From: Picochlorum sp. SENEW3
Taxonomy: Eukaryota
NCBI GenBank assembly: GCA_034226945.1
Contig: CP120453.1
Span: forward strand, 434,001 to 498,000
Length of the DNA: 64,000 nucleotides
Reading direction: 5' to 3'
Below the pieces are notes generated by a model. It saw only the letters and a list, made by a program, of their open reading frames with translations. It was not told the origin of the DNA and searched no databases. Of the stretch, positions 45,809 to 56,784 are shown in pieces (positions within the stretch are counted from its first letter, which is position 1; each line of letters opens with the position of its first letter). Both the position numbers and the translations under genes were made by a program.

Positions 45809-47787
45809 CTACATATCTAACATGCTTCGGAGCGCTGAAAACGTTTCCGGGAGGGTGGATCCGATGATTGTAACCGTACACGTGCGTGTCAAGAGCACCC
45901 TGTTTGGGTCCCTGGATGCTTCATCTTCTTCTGGCTGCCGTGCTCCATCTGCTGCATCAAATGAGCTACGTTTCAAATGGTTCAAGGCTTCATACATCTG
46001 TTCATGCGTCAGAGATGTTGTCACCGCAGCTATATGGCCAATTCCTGCCGCTGCTGCTGCATGAATGCCATGGATGGAATCCTCAATCACGATAGCATCC
46101 TGTCCACAGCCTTGGCAGTCTAGAATGCTCAGTGCCTCGACATAGACATCAGGGTGAGGTTTTCCACGTGCTACTTGCTGAGCGCTGACAATACTTTGGG
46201 GTTCTATGATGCCCCATATCTTGGCAGATTCTAGATTGTGCCGGATTTTTGCATGGCTTCCAGAAGAGGCGATGCCAACGAGGGGCAATGCATGGTCAGG
46301 TCGACGGCAAGCCCGGCATGCATCTTTCATCAGAGATGCTGCACCTGATATAGGATCTATTCCGGAGGATGTGATGGACGTGTAGCATTGGGTTTTTGCA
46401 GCAGATACCATGTCTACAAGGTGCTCCATCCACTGTGTTTCATCCCCAACATCTTCCACCAGGGCTACACGCTTGAACATATCTTCCAGGTTATAGGTTC
46501 TCATATAGTATTCCAAGCAAGATCGAATATCCATACCAAACACGGGAACGAAATCCTGAGGAAATATGTGAGGAATGTCAAAGGATGTCACTTGTTGTAT
46601 ACCTTGTCTCAAAGCTTCACAACTCGCCCTCTCAGAATCGACCAGTACTCCATCGCAATCAAATATAAGACAAATCTGTTTCGCACGGGTCGCTTTCTTT
46701 CCCAGAAGTTTTGGCTGCCTAATGGCAGGCATGGAGACATGGTGGCTTCTTTGCATGTCATTAATATCGAGCTTTGACATGTGTAGCTGAAAAGCTGGGG
46801 TTATCCACTCGGCATCTTCATTTTGCATACCAGACCAATTGTAGCTTCCTAGCCTGGATGAGCATTGATAGCAATAAATCTTACCTTGGGTATCCTCTGT
46901 GATGGCCTTCATCCACCGAAGAGGTTCAACAAAAATGCTCCCTGTGGTAGATTCCCCATGTGAGTCGGCCTGCCTACTGTTTTTATAGTCTTTTGATTTC
47001 TTCTTCCAAGAAAATCCATTCTTACAGGATCCCACAGACACGTCCACCATGATATTTGCTGCTGTTGCCAACACAGCTCTACAACTTCTACAACTGTACA
47101 GAATAGAACTCCGCGACGTATCATTGCGTGGATCTCGAAACTCCTTAACATTGAATGCATCTCCTTGGCTTTGGACATTTTTTGCAGTTTGCCTCGCTCT
47201 CAGGGACCTGTATGCACTATGCGTCATCTCATATGAAAACTTCATCTCATGCCACACATCCAACTGATTCAGAAAACCTTGGTTTGGCGAGGCCTGTGGG
47301 TATATACGATGTAAATCCTCAAGGCACTGCGACGATGTGGCATCTCTGTTCACATACTCCATCATGTATGCCAATACCAGTGTGCAACTTCTTGAGACAC
47401 CTTGTGCACAAACAACCACCACATGCCCTCCTTGTTTTACTGCATTGTGTATGAATCGCGACGATTCTTCAAAGTACTCTATAACCAAAGACTCGTCGTC
47501 ATCTTCGATTTCAATATGCATGCGATGGTCTTCAGCAAAATCGTCGTATCTGCAGGCACGAGGGACTGGGCCCTGAACTGCCACCTGCACAGTGACATGT
47601 TTGCCGTAATTCATACTCAGGCCAATGCATTGTGCACATGGTAATGTAAAAATGACTTGATCACAGAAAGACGTACAAGTATGTGAGTAAAATGGCCTTT
47701 TTCCAAAGCACGCTCTAAAGCTGGGTTCGACGACCCACTAATGGAAACACCATCCAGTACTCGATCAACCTCAAATTCATCAGCCAT
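45809..47787 (-). CDS. DUSP12/Yvh1-like dual-specificity phosphatase with Zn-binding domain, fused to a HAD (CbbY/BPGM-like) hydrolase; exons 47787-47677, 47584-45809
   Basis: CAQGVSRS, SPNQGFLNQL, YSCRSCR..LA, FVEPLRWM, GKIYC..C..RLGSYNWSG, WITPAFQ; then FDCDGVLVDSE, ASS, GKPHPDVY, IEDS..G in the same ORF. Confidence 0.85.
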
Positions 47788-48131
47788 TGCATCATCTATA
47801 CGATTTAAGATATCTGCTCGAGTGACTCTCTCTCTCTTCTCAAATATCGAAGTATTGAGGGGATGAAATTGAATGATGATTGATCTGCCTGTGCAGGATC
47901 CTGCAAAAAAGATGCAGGAGGGAGATTCAAAATTGATAACCAGATATCCACAATGAACCCATTCATTTGATATGAAAATGATTTATATGCCTTCTGCATA
48001 CATATCAAAGGAATAGATCGGTCTTTGGTCGAATTGTGAGAACTAGTCTGCATCGCATGCGAGTGCATCCTCCTCAGATACAACTCTGCGCAGTATAGTC
48101 GTGGTGGATCCCATTGTAAAGACACAGTAAT

Positions 48132-50700
48132 ATGAATGAAGTAGAATCAAGTGCATCAGAAGGTGATGGGGTGGAGGGTGCCGTAGAGTTTGGGTGGGAG
48201 GAGCCAGAAAAGAAAGTTTCTGGTCGGCGTAAAAAGACTCAAAAGAAGGCCAAGCTGGGGACATTTGGTGCGTTTCCATCATTGTATGATGCTGTGTGAC
48301 TGGATGGTGTCCAATGTGGCATTGTGTTTGAATGCAGAGGCTATGGGGCTCTCTCCACTTGTTATGAAAGGAGTTCGGAGGAAAGGTTTTCGTTTACCAA
48401 CGCCTATACAACGGAAAACGATACCTTTGATTCTTCAAGGTCTAGATATAGTGGGAATGGCGAGGACTGGGTCGGGTAAGACTGCGGCTTTTGTGATTCC
48501 CCTGCTGGAGAGGCTCAAGGGGCACTCTGCAACTGCAACAGGAGCAAGGGCATGCATCTTGTCACCGACGCGTGAGTTGGCGCTTCAAACGTACAAAGTT
48601 GTACAAGATCTGGGTCGACATATGGATTTAAGGACTGCGGTGTTGGTTGGAGGAGATTCCATGGAGGCACAGTTTACAGAGTTGGCAGCATCCCCTGACA
48701 TCATTGTTGCTACGCCAGGGCGCTTGGTGCACCATATAGCCGAAGTTGATGCGTTTAATTTGAAGGCTGTTGAACTGGTGATTTTTGATGAGGCAGATAG
48801 GTTATTTGAGATGGGTTTTGCGGAGCAATTGGCCGAGATTCTTTCTGGGATGTCTAACGCTCGACAGACATTGTTGTTCTCTGCTACAATGCCACGAATC
48901 CTTGCCGAGTTTGCTCGAGCTGGATTGAAGGATCCAGAGCTGATTCGACTTGATGCAGATACTAAAATCTCTCCGGATCTAAAAATGTATTTCTTTCGAG
49001 TCCGGGAAGAGGAAAAGGTCGCAGCATTGGTTTTTCTCTTGAGGGAGGTGATTGAAAAGGGTCAATCAACGATACTATTCGTGTCAACCAGGCATCATGT
49101 GGAGTTTTTATGTCTACTACTGGATCAAGAACATATATCTGCAGTGCCGGTTCATGGTAATATGGATCAGACAGCGAGAAAAATCAACATGGCCAAATTT
49201 AAGGCAAAAAAGGCAGAAGTTCTTGTCGTCACAGATGTTGCAGCGAGAGGGCTTGATATTCCGCTTCTGGACAATGTCATTAATTATGACTTCCCTCCTA
49301 GACCGAAATTATTTGTCCATAGATCTGGTCGCGTTGCTCGTGCAGGTAGACCTGGAACATCCTATAATTTTGTCACCTCTGATGAGCTGGGATATTTAGT
49401 TGACTTGCACCTCTTTCTTGGGCGTAAACTGAATCCTGCTCCCATCCGAAATCTAGCTCAAGCAGCGGAGAAGGTTGAGGCAATGGTTGCGGATCCGAAT
49501 GCTTCACCACCCTCGGAATTTGGCAGATTTCCTCAAACAGTCTTAGATCCTCTTGTTGGTCACATAGCAGATGTGATTAACAACGTTCCTGATTTGCTTA
49601 TACAACAGCGATCCTTAAAGAATGCAAAGGCATTGTATATCAAAACGAGGCCACCAGCATCTGCAGAAAGTGCTAGGAGAGCGAAAACGTTCGAGAAGGA
49701 AGGCATTCACCCCGTATTGGCAGCTGCAGTCCCATCTGTTGCACTGGGAGGATTGGAAGCACAGGAATCTCTCGCCTCAATTACAGCCTCGCTCCGCTCA
49801 TATAGGCCATCACAAACTGTGTTTGAGGCACAAGTAGCGTCTGCTAGAGCAGGCCAAGGTGCAGGGATGGCCGCTACACCAGGGATATTGGCTGCTGCAC
49901 CGCATGAGAGAAATCTCGAGGTAATGAAGATGAAACGAGATGCACACTCCGTCGCGATTGAATCTAGAAAGAAGCAAAAATCTTTGGAAAATAGTGACAA
50001 GGTTGCGGAAGACGAGAATAAACACCTCGCTGATACTGCAGCCCCACTCAACAGTGGGCGATTTAGAGATGATTCATTTTATTTGTCTCATGAGCCATCT
50101 GCTGGCGGCAGGACAGCTGAGCAGTTCCTCGCCGTTGGATCTGGTGATCAGTTTAAAGACGCTGTCATTGATCTAGGTGGAGAGGATATGGAGGGAGAAG
50201 CTCAGCGAAAATCAGCGTCATGGCATTGGGATAACAAGTCAAAGCGCTATGTCAAATTGCAGAAAGGAGAGATCATGAAGGCAGGCACAAGAGCCAAGAG
50301 CAAATCACAGAGCGGCCCATCAAAGATGAATAGAGAAAAGGAAGGAAGCCTTTATAAAAAATGGACTAAAAAGACTAAAATGTCGATTGGCAAGTCAAAC
50401 GCAGACTCGAGGATTGCACAAGCAATGGGTGGTAGATTCAAGAGAGGTGGACGTGGCTGGGAGAATCCTCTCAAGCCTGTTGCTGATGATCCAGATGTGC
50501 ACAAGAGAGCTAGAAACGAAATGAAAACTGCGGATCAAGTTAGAAAACAGAGGAAAGAAGAGCAGAAGAAACGTGAACGGAATATGCCCAAAAAGGCACG
50601 GGCACAAACATCTCTTCCAGGAGGCAGGAAGAAGAACAGTCACAAGGCAATTCCTAATAGGGGTGTCAAAGGCATGCGTGTTAGTAAAAAACGCAAATAA
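48132..50700 (+). CDS. DDX54: DEAD-box RNA helicase DDX54/Dbp10 (RH29); exons 48132-48267, 48338-50700
   Basis: PTPIQRKTIP, MARTGSGKT, DEAD, SAT, HRSGRVARAGR, DBP10CT-like WDNKSKRYV. Confidence 0.92.
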
Positions 50701-50737
50701 TTTTACAAATGTAAAAAGCTCTATGTGCTAATTCTAT

Positions 50738-52126
50738 CTATTTTCTTCGCCTATTTGTTGCAACATGCTTTCGTTCATTTGGATTCTTCTTCCACCCACT
50801 GTTTAGCAACGTAGCCATGCTTGGTGGTCCTCCAGCGACAGCAGCAACCTGGTGCCACGTCTCATCCGTGTACTCTGGTGCAAAAGGATCGAGCTGAGCA
50901 TTCTTTGAAGCCTTCTTAGACCTCAGTAAATGCTTCTTGGTCAACAATTGATCCTCGCGGAGGATGGGGTCATGATTTCTACCGCCCTTGGGTTTTGGGA
51001 GACTATACTTTGTTCCTTTCAGGATATGCTTCTTCCTCACTCCATACTGCTCAGCTCCTTCAGGGGAAATTGTCATTTTTACCTTGTCCAGCGTCGCATT
51101 CCCGCAACGAGGGCAAAATAATCTACCAACCTCCTTTGTCACCTGGTTACATGCCGTGCAGCGGAGAACCCATCGCGTCACAGACTGAATCTGCATACCA
51201 TCAGGCGCAGCAAGCCTGAGACCCATTTGAAGAATTACATTTTGCATCGCAAAATCAGCTGTCATGGAAATCACAGCACTTGTCCCTGCTGGATGGTCAG
51301 CAGCAAGGTCCTCCTCCTCGATATCACCATCATCTTGGTCACCCAAACTCAAAGGCTGCGCATCGTCTTCTTGGGCTTCAGCCTCTTCCCTCCTCTGTTC
51401 CTTCCTTCTCTCTTTCTTCTTCATTCTCCTAGCCTTGCCTTTATTCTTATACGCCGTCTCCCATGCCCCTTCGTCGTCTTCTTCTTCTTCATCTTCTTTC
51501 TCTTGCTCCTCTACTGCCGTGTGATCTCTTGCATCATCATGAGTGCTTCCCAGGTCCAACTGCTGCACATGTGCAGATACATGACTACCATCCTCACCTT
51601 GAATCAGAGCCTGTGCAGCCTCCTCCTCCTCCTCATTAATACGATCAATATCTGTCCAATCTCCTCCAGACACGCCCCACCCAGGAAGAGCCTTTTCATC
51701 AACAACAGGCTTTGTCAACATGGTAGGTGGAGCAGGGCGACTCCGTAAATGATCACTACCATAATAATCCACCTCAATCGTCCTTGCCAGCGCAATCAGA
51801 CCCATATCTATAGAGGAAAGAGCGTGCAAATCCCCCGTCTGTCGGGCGAATGCCACAACAGCCTTCATACTCTCCTCACTAGGCTCCCTTGTCTCTATAG
51901 TGAAGGGAAGGCTTGCCAGCGCCTGTCGAGACTCTGAATCCCGGATCTCATGAAGCACCTGAGGAATAGTAACGATAGTATCGTAATTCTGCTTCAAATT
52001 TAGCAACCCATTTCTCTGAATTATTGCATTCGCGTCGATAACTGCAACAGGCGACTGGTTGCATGTGCATGGGCCATCTTTCTCTTTGGCCGGCGGTTCC
52101 GCCTTTGCAATGGCAGCCCAATTCAT
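50738..52126 (-). CDS. NOB1: NOB1 PIN-domain 18S rRNA endonuclease
   Basis: VIDANAII, EIRD, FARQTGDLHALS, TADFAMQNV.LQMGL, zinc ribbon CTAC..FCPRCGN. Confidence 0.93.
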   Translation of the reverse strand: MNWAAIAKAEPPAKEKDGPCTCNQSPVAVIDANAIIQRNGLLNLKQNYDTIVTIPQVLHEIRDSESRQALASLPFTIETREPSEESMKAVVAFARQTGDLHALSSIDMGLIALARTIEVDYYGSDHLRSRPAPPTMLTKPVVDEKALPGWGVSGGDWTDIDRINEEEEEAAQALIQGEDGSHVSAHVQQLDLGSTHDDARDHTAVEEQEKEDEEEEDDEGAWETAYKNKGKARRMKKKERRKEQRREEAEAQEDDAQPLSLGDQDDGDIEEEDLAADHPAGTSAVISMTADFAMQNVILQMGLRLAAPDGMQIQSVTRWVLRCTACNQVTKEVGRLFCPRCGNATLDKVKMTISPEGAEQYGVRKKHILKGTKYSLPKPKGGRNHDPILREDQLLTKKHLLRSKKASKNAQLDPFAPEYTDETWHQVAAVAGGPPSMATLLNSGWKKNPNERKHVATNRRRK

Positions 52127-52325
52127 TGAGTATAAATGAATATTATACTTCAAAATACTACACTGCAGGATGGAATGGCAAACTGATGTGGGATTGTTGG
52201 TGATGGATTTCAATGCAGTCCTCATTTCTGGTTCCAGCTACTTGTGCCTCATTTCCATGGCATGGTTTTCTGTGAATGAGGGCAGCACCCCACACCTTTG
52301 ACGCATTAAATACAAATTTTACAAC

Positions 52326-54107
52326 ATGTCAGTCAATTTAGCCTCCAGGTCTACTCTTGTATCCCATTGTGGTGACAGGAAAGGGCAAGAGAAGAAATGT
52401 GTGGCAGTGGGAACGAGGAGAAAACAACAGCCACGTGGTACTACTCGGTCTGCCCGTGTGGATGAGTCGATCAATGTAGATACTAGAGAACCATCAGATA
52501 CGTTCCATATTCCAGAGTTGAATCAGGAGACATGGGAAAATTTTCTAAAGCCTTACAAGTCTTCATACGAGGAGCGAGCTTTCGTTATCGAGAAGGATAT
52601 GATTCAGGGAGAAATTCCAAAAGAGCTGCGAGGGTCATTGTTGAGAAATGGCCCAGGGCTCTTTGAGATTGGGGGAGAGCCCATTCCTCAGCCGTTTGAT
52701 GGAGATGGCAAGGTGGCCATGTTTTGCTTTCCAGGAGGGGAAGACAACAGACCCTTCTTCTCGACGAGATTTGTGAGGACCAAGGCGTTTGTGGAAGAGC
52801 AGACGGCAAATAAGATGATATACCGAGGGGCGTTTAGTGTGGGGAATCCAGCAGGAGGTTTGTTTTATAACCCATTTGACCTGAGCGTGAAGCAGATTGC
52901 CAATACTGGGGTGGTTCATTGGGCGGGCAAGATTCTCGCATTATATGAGCGGGACTTGCCGTATCATTTGAAGAACGAAGACCTCAAGACGTTGGGAACA
53001 ACCACGCTGGATGGAGCCATCGATGAACCATATTTTGCAGCACACAACCAGATTGTATCCATGCCAGATGGATCAAAAAGGCTGGTGACCTTTTCTGCAT
53101 CTGAGAGGGGATTAGACAATAGAATTGTTGTGTGGGAATTCGATGAAGATGGAAAACAAGTGGCTCGAATCGAAAAAACGCTCCCAAATGCTGCCTTTGG
53201 GTTTTTCCATGATATGGCAGTGACGGAAAAGCACTACATCTTTGTAGAGAATCCAATACGGCTGGACATGAAGAAATTCTTATTAGAATACATGTTTGGA
53301 AAAGCATGTATTGCCGAATGCCTGCAATTCGTCCCATCCATGGATACAAAGATTCATGTGATACCCAGACCCTGTGGAGAGGGTGAGGAGGAGTACAAGG
53401 TATACACCTGCCCCAGACCATTCTTTACATTCCATCACGTAAACTCATTCATCACAAGTACCGGTGACATTGTTTTGGACACGTGTGCATTGCATGAGGG
53501 AATGGACTTTAGCGCAAATTTGAAGACAACTGATGTGTCATATTACAATAAGAATGTTGGTAGGGGAGCATTTACTCGTTTGCATATCAATACTGCATCA
53601 GGGGTCGTGTCAGAGAAGAAAATGATGTATAGAGCATGTGATTTCCCTTGCGTGGCACAACAAGTAACAGGAAAGAAGCACAAACATGCATACGTGTATG
53701 GGTCAGCTGCTGATCAAGAGGATCTTTGGGGACCACCCCAGGTGATTAGCAAAGTCTCATTCACTTCTGATGATGAATCAGTTTCTCCCAGCGTCCAGCA
53801 GACTGTATTCCACCCAGGGAGAAATAAATGGGCCCAAGAACCAATCTTTGTTCCACGAGATGGTGCAACAGAAGAAGACGATGGATGGGTGCTTGTGCTT
53901 GTGTACGACTCGGACGCCGATACGACAGAACTGGCCATACTTGATGCAAAATCGATGAAGGCGGAGGCCACCATCAAGCTGCCATTCATGATACCTGCTG
54001 GTTTGCATGGATCATGGACACCAGAATACCTGGGCAGCAGACCAGAGGGTGACCCTGAGAATTCTCGATTCGAATACGACATCAGAAATGGCGTCGATTA
54101 TTTCTAG
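52326..54107 (+). CDS. Carotenoid cleavage dioxygenase (RPE65 family)
   Basis: LRNGPG, FDGDG, ANT, four Fe-ligand His (AAH, FHD, FHH, GLHG), EPIFVP, EDDGW. Confidence 0.92.
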   Translation: MSVNLASRSTLVSHCGDRKGQEKKCVAVGTRRKQQPRGTTRSARVDESINVDTREPSDTFHIPELNQETWENFLKPYKSSYEERAFVIEKDMIQGEIPKELRGSLLRNGPGLFEIGGEPIPQPFDGDGKVAMFCFPGGEDNRPFFSTRFVRTKAFVEEQTANKMIYRGAFSVGNPAGGLFYNPFDLSVKQIANTGVVHWAGKILALYERDLPYHLKNEDLKTLGTTTLDGAIDEPYFAAHNQIVSMPDGSKRLVTFSASERGLDNRIVVWEFDEDGKQVARIEKTLPNAAFGFFHDMAVTEKHYIFVENPIRLDMKKFLLEYMFGKACIAECLQFVPSMDTKIHVIPRPCGEGEEEYKVYTCPRPFFTFHHVNSFITSTGDIVLDTCALHEGMDFSANLKTTDVSYYNKNVGRGAFTRLHINTASGVVSEKKMMYRACDFPCVAQQVTGKKHKHAYVYGSAADQEDLWGPPQVISKVSFTSDDESVSPSVQQTVFHPGRNKWAQEPIFVPRDGATEEDDGWVLVLVYDSDADTTELAILDAKSMKAEATIKLPFMIPAGLHGSWTPEYLGSRPEGDPENSRFEYDIRNGVDYF

Positions 54108-54580
54108 TACATCATGATGAACTATCATTGTATTGTGACGAATCATTGAATGAATTAGTAATCCATTTTTAATGCATGTGAAACTCATTGCAAAACTTTT
54201 GCTGACAAAAGGAGAGAACAATCCCATAGAGGCCCCAGCATCTGATTCCTGGATGATGAGATGATACATCATCTTCAGTATGATGACCATCATGGTACTG
54301 TTTGGATGATACCAATACACCTCCTACCGTGCTGAGGGCATTCAGATTTTCATGGACCCCAATGTGGGTTGTTCACATTCATCATCACCTGCAGAAACAG
54401 TTGTAGATGGATGGCTTGAACGAATATTATCTCAGGATTCAAGCTCAATATCAGAGAGACGTGAATATATATTTTTCTTATATCGAACCTGTAAATTGTG
54501 ATACAGTAGTATGCACTGATGTTTGACAAGTCGGTAGAACCGGCAGCCCTCGTTCAAAGGTGATCGATGGATGCGGCTTT

Positions 54581-55438
54581 ATGACGAAAGATATCAGAGA
54601 TACAAGTAAGAAGAAAATAAAGATGGGTGAATCTGAGGCATCAGAGGCCGTGTCAACGTTTCTGGATCGGATAGAAGTTGCCAAACCTGGGACTTTGCAG
54701 AGTCTCGTCCTGACAAAGGAAATTAAACGAACAGATGAGCACGGTAGGGTTCTCTTTGCACAAAGAATGATTCGTGCTGAGAAATATGATGTCGACAAGG
54801 CCGTCAAGCGGGCTATTGATCATTCTGTCTGGAGAAAACAAGTGCTTGGTCCAGAGGGCAGCATACCTGATGACCATGTGCGAGAACAGTTGGAGGAGGG
54901 AAAGGTGTTTTTACAGATAGAAACGAGATCCAATAGACCATTGCTCTTCGTTCAGGTGAAGAAACACAGCCCTAATAAAACGGATCTGGAGGTTTTGAAG
55001 AAATTTGTGGTCTACTCATTGGAAACAGCCACCTATTTCCTTGACAGCCCCGAGTATGGGAATCCAGATGGAACCATGGATGTATTATTCGATATACGAG
55101 GAATGACGTGGGCAAATTTTGATGTGGCAGGGTTGAAGAGCAGTTTCACTGTGCTGGCTCAAGCATTTCCAGAACGAATACATAAAATTTACATGCTTGA
55201 CCCCCCGTATTTGTTTGATATGATTTGGAAGATTGTGAAACCATTTGTAGACCCTGTGAGCAGAGAAAAGGTGGAATTTCTTCACGGAGACAAGGGTGTG
55301 GAGACGCTCAAGGATGCCATTGGAGAAGAGTACCTGCCACAGGAGGTGACTGGGCTGGACACAAGGCCACTTCCCATTGACCAGGCCATGCGCAAAGTCA
55401 CGAGTGAGTCATGCGTTGTCCATTCTTCTCTCGAATGA
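54581..55438 (+). CDS. CRAL-TRIO/Sec14 lipid-binding protein
   Basis: RMIRAEKYDV.KA, W R, FPERIHKIY..DPP..F..IWKIVKPFVDPVSREKV. Confidence 0.88.
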   Translation: MTKDIRDTSKKKIKMGESEASEAVSTFLDRIEVAKPGTLQSLVLTKEIKRTDEHGRVLFAQRMIRAEKYDVDKAVKRAIDHSVWRKQVLGPEGSIPDDHVREQLEEGKVFLQIETRSNRPLLFVQVKKHSPNKTDLEVLKKFVVYSLETATYFLDSPEYGNPDGTMDVLFDIRGMTWANFDVAGLKSSFTVLAQAFPERIHKIYMLDPPYLFDMIWKIVKPFVDPVSREKVEFLHGDKGVETLKDAIGEEYLPQEVTGLDTRPLPIDQAMRKVTSESCVVHSSLE

Positions 55439-55754
55439 ATGGTACACCCTTACAGCGATCGATAATAATGTATCATCATCATCATGTATAGAGCATTCTG
55501 TGCATGGATTGCAGAGAAGAAGAACAGCGGTATCCCCGAGGGGCTGAATAGATCGAATTCTATGTAAGATATGTAATGTTAGATCTTGTTGAGATATCCA
55601 AATAGTACAAGGTGCTGAGTTTGAAGAGATCAGGGGCAAATCGTTCCAATCCAATTCGATCCAGCAACTGATCATACCAATCTTGCCTTGAAGCATCGAT
55701 TGATCTATATATTTGGTTCCATAGAAGCATATAGTTGACTCAGACAGCGATAGG

Positions 55755-56430
55755 ATGACGCCGCCGCCTCAACTGCCGAGTGTGTTGGTCATTGTCGGTC
55801 CCTCTGGCGTTGGGAAGGGTACCCTGGTGGACAAGCTATTGGAGGGAAATGGGGATAAATACGGATTTTCATGTAGTCATACGACTCGAAAGCCACGCGA
55901 GGGCGAGCAGGTTGGTTGAGCGGTGCTTTTGTCGTCCTGGAACATGAGTTTGAAAAGGTGTTGTGTCTCACATCCAGTATGTCTTGCAGGATGGCGTTCA
56001 TTATCACTTCACATCCAAGGAGGACTTTGAGCGTGGTATTGAAGAAGGAAAGTTCATAGAGTATGCCCATGTGCATAATAATATATACGGAACATCGTTT
56101 GATGCAGTCAAAGCTGTGCAACAGTCTGGGAAATGCTGCATACTGGATATTGATGTGCAAGGTGCTCGGCAGGTGCGCGCCTCGGACCTGTCAGCTATAG
56201 TGGTATTTATTGCACCCCCTTCCTTGGAAGAATTGGAGAAGCGTTTGCGTGGAAGAGGTACCGAGTCTGAAGAGCAGATTCAAGTGAGGTCGACACAGGC
56301 CAAGGTGGAGATGGATTCATTACAAGAAAAGGGGCTCTATGATGCTGTGATTGTGAATGATGCTGTGGATGATTGCTTTGAAAAATTGAAAGATATAGCC
56401 GAGATTGCATTGAATGGAGGCCACCAGTAA
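55755..56430 (+). CDS. Guanylate kinase; exons 55755-55910, 55990-56430
   Basis: [45 protein letters not shown]. Confidence 0.95.
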
Positions 56431-56784
56431 ATATCTGTTTCCACCCATCATCTCTTTCTTTCTTTTATTTTACCCGTGTGCCTCATTATTTAATAATAAT
56501 ACATTATTATTCCTGTGGTAATCATGAGGATTACAACTACACCCACCCAGTACCGCGCCGCGTCAGATTCGCCCAAAATCAAATTTCCACTCTCGCAGAC
56601 ATTTAGACATGAGCAAATTCACCCAAAATCTCAAATATTCGCAGATTTAGGATCAGTACAGCAATAAAATATATGATTGATCATGGTTCAATCCGTTAAT
56701 ATACAATATTACAATCAAAACATCGACATATATATGATGCATCATGGCATATGCCCGCATGGAGTGGAAAGAGAAGAAGAGATC

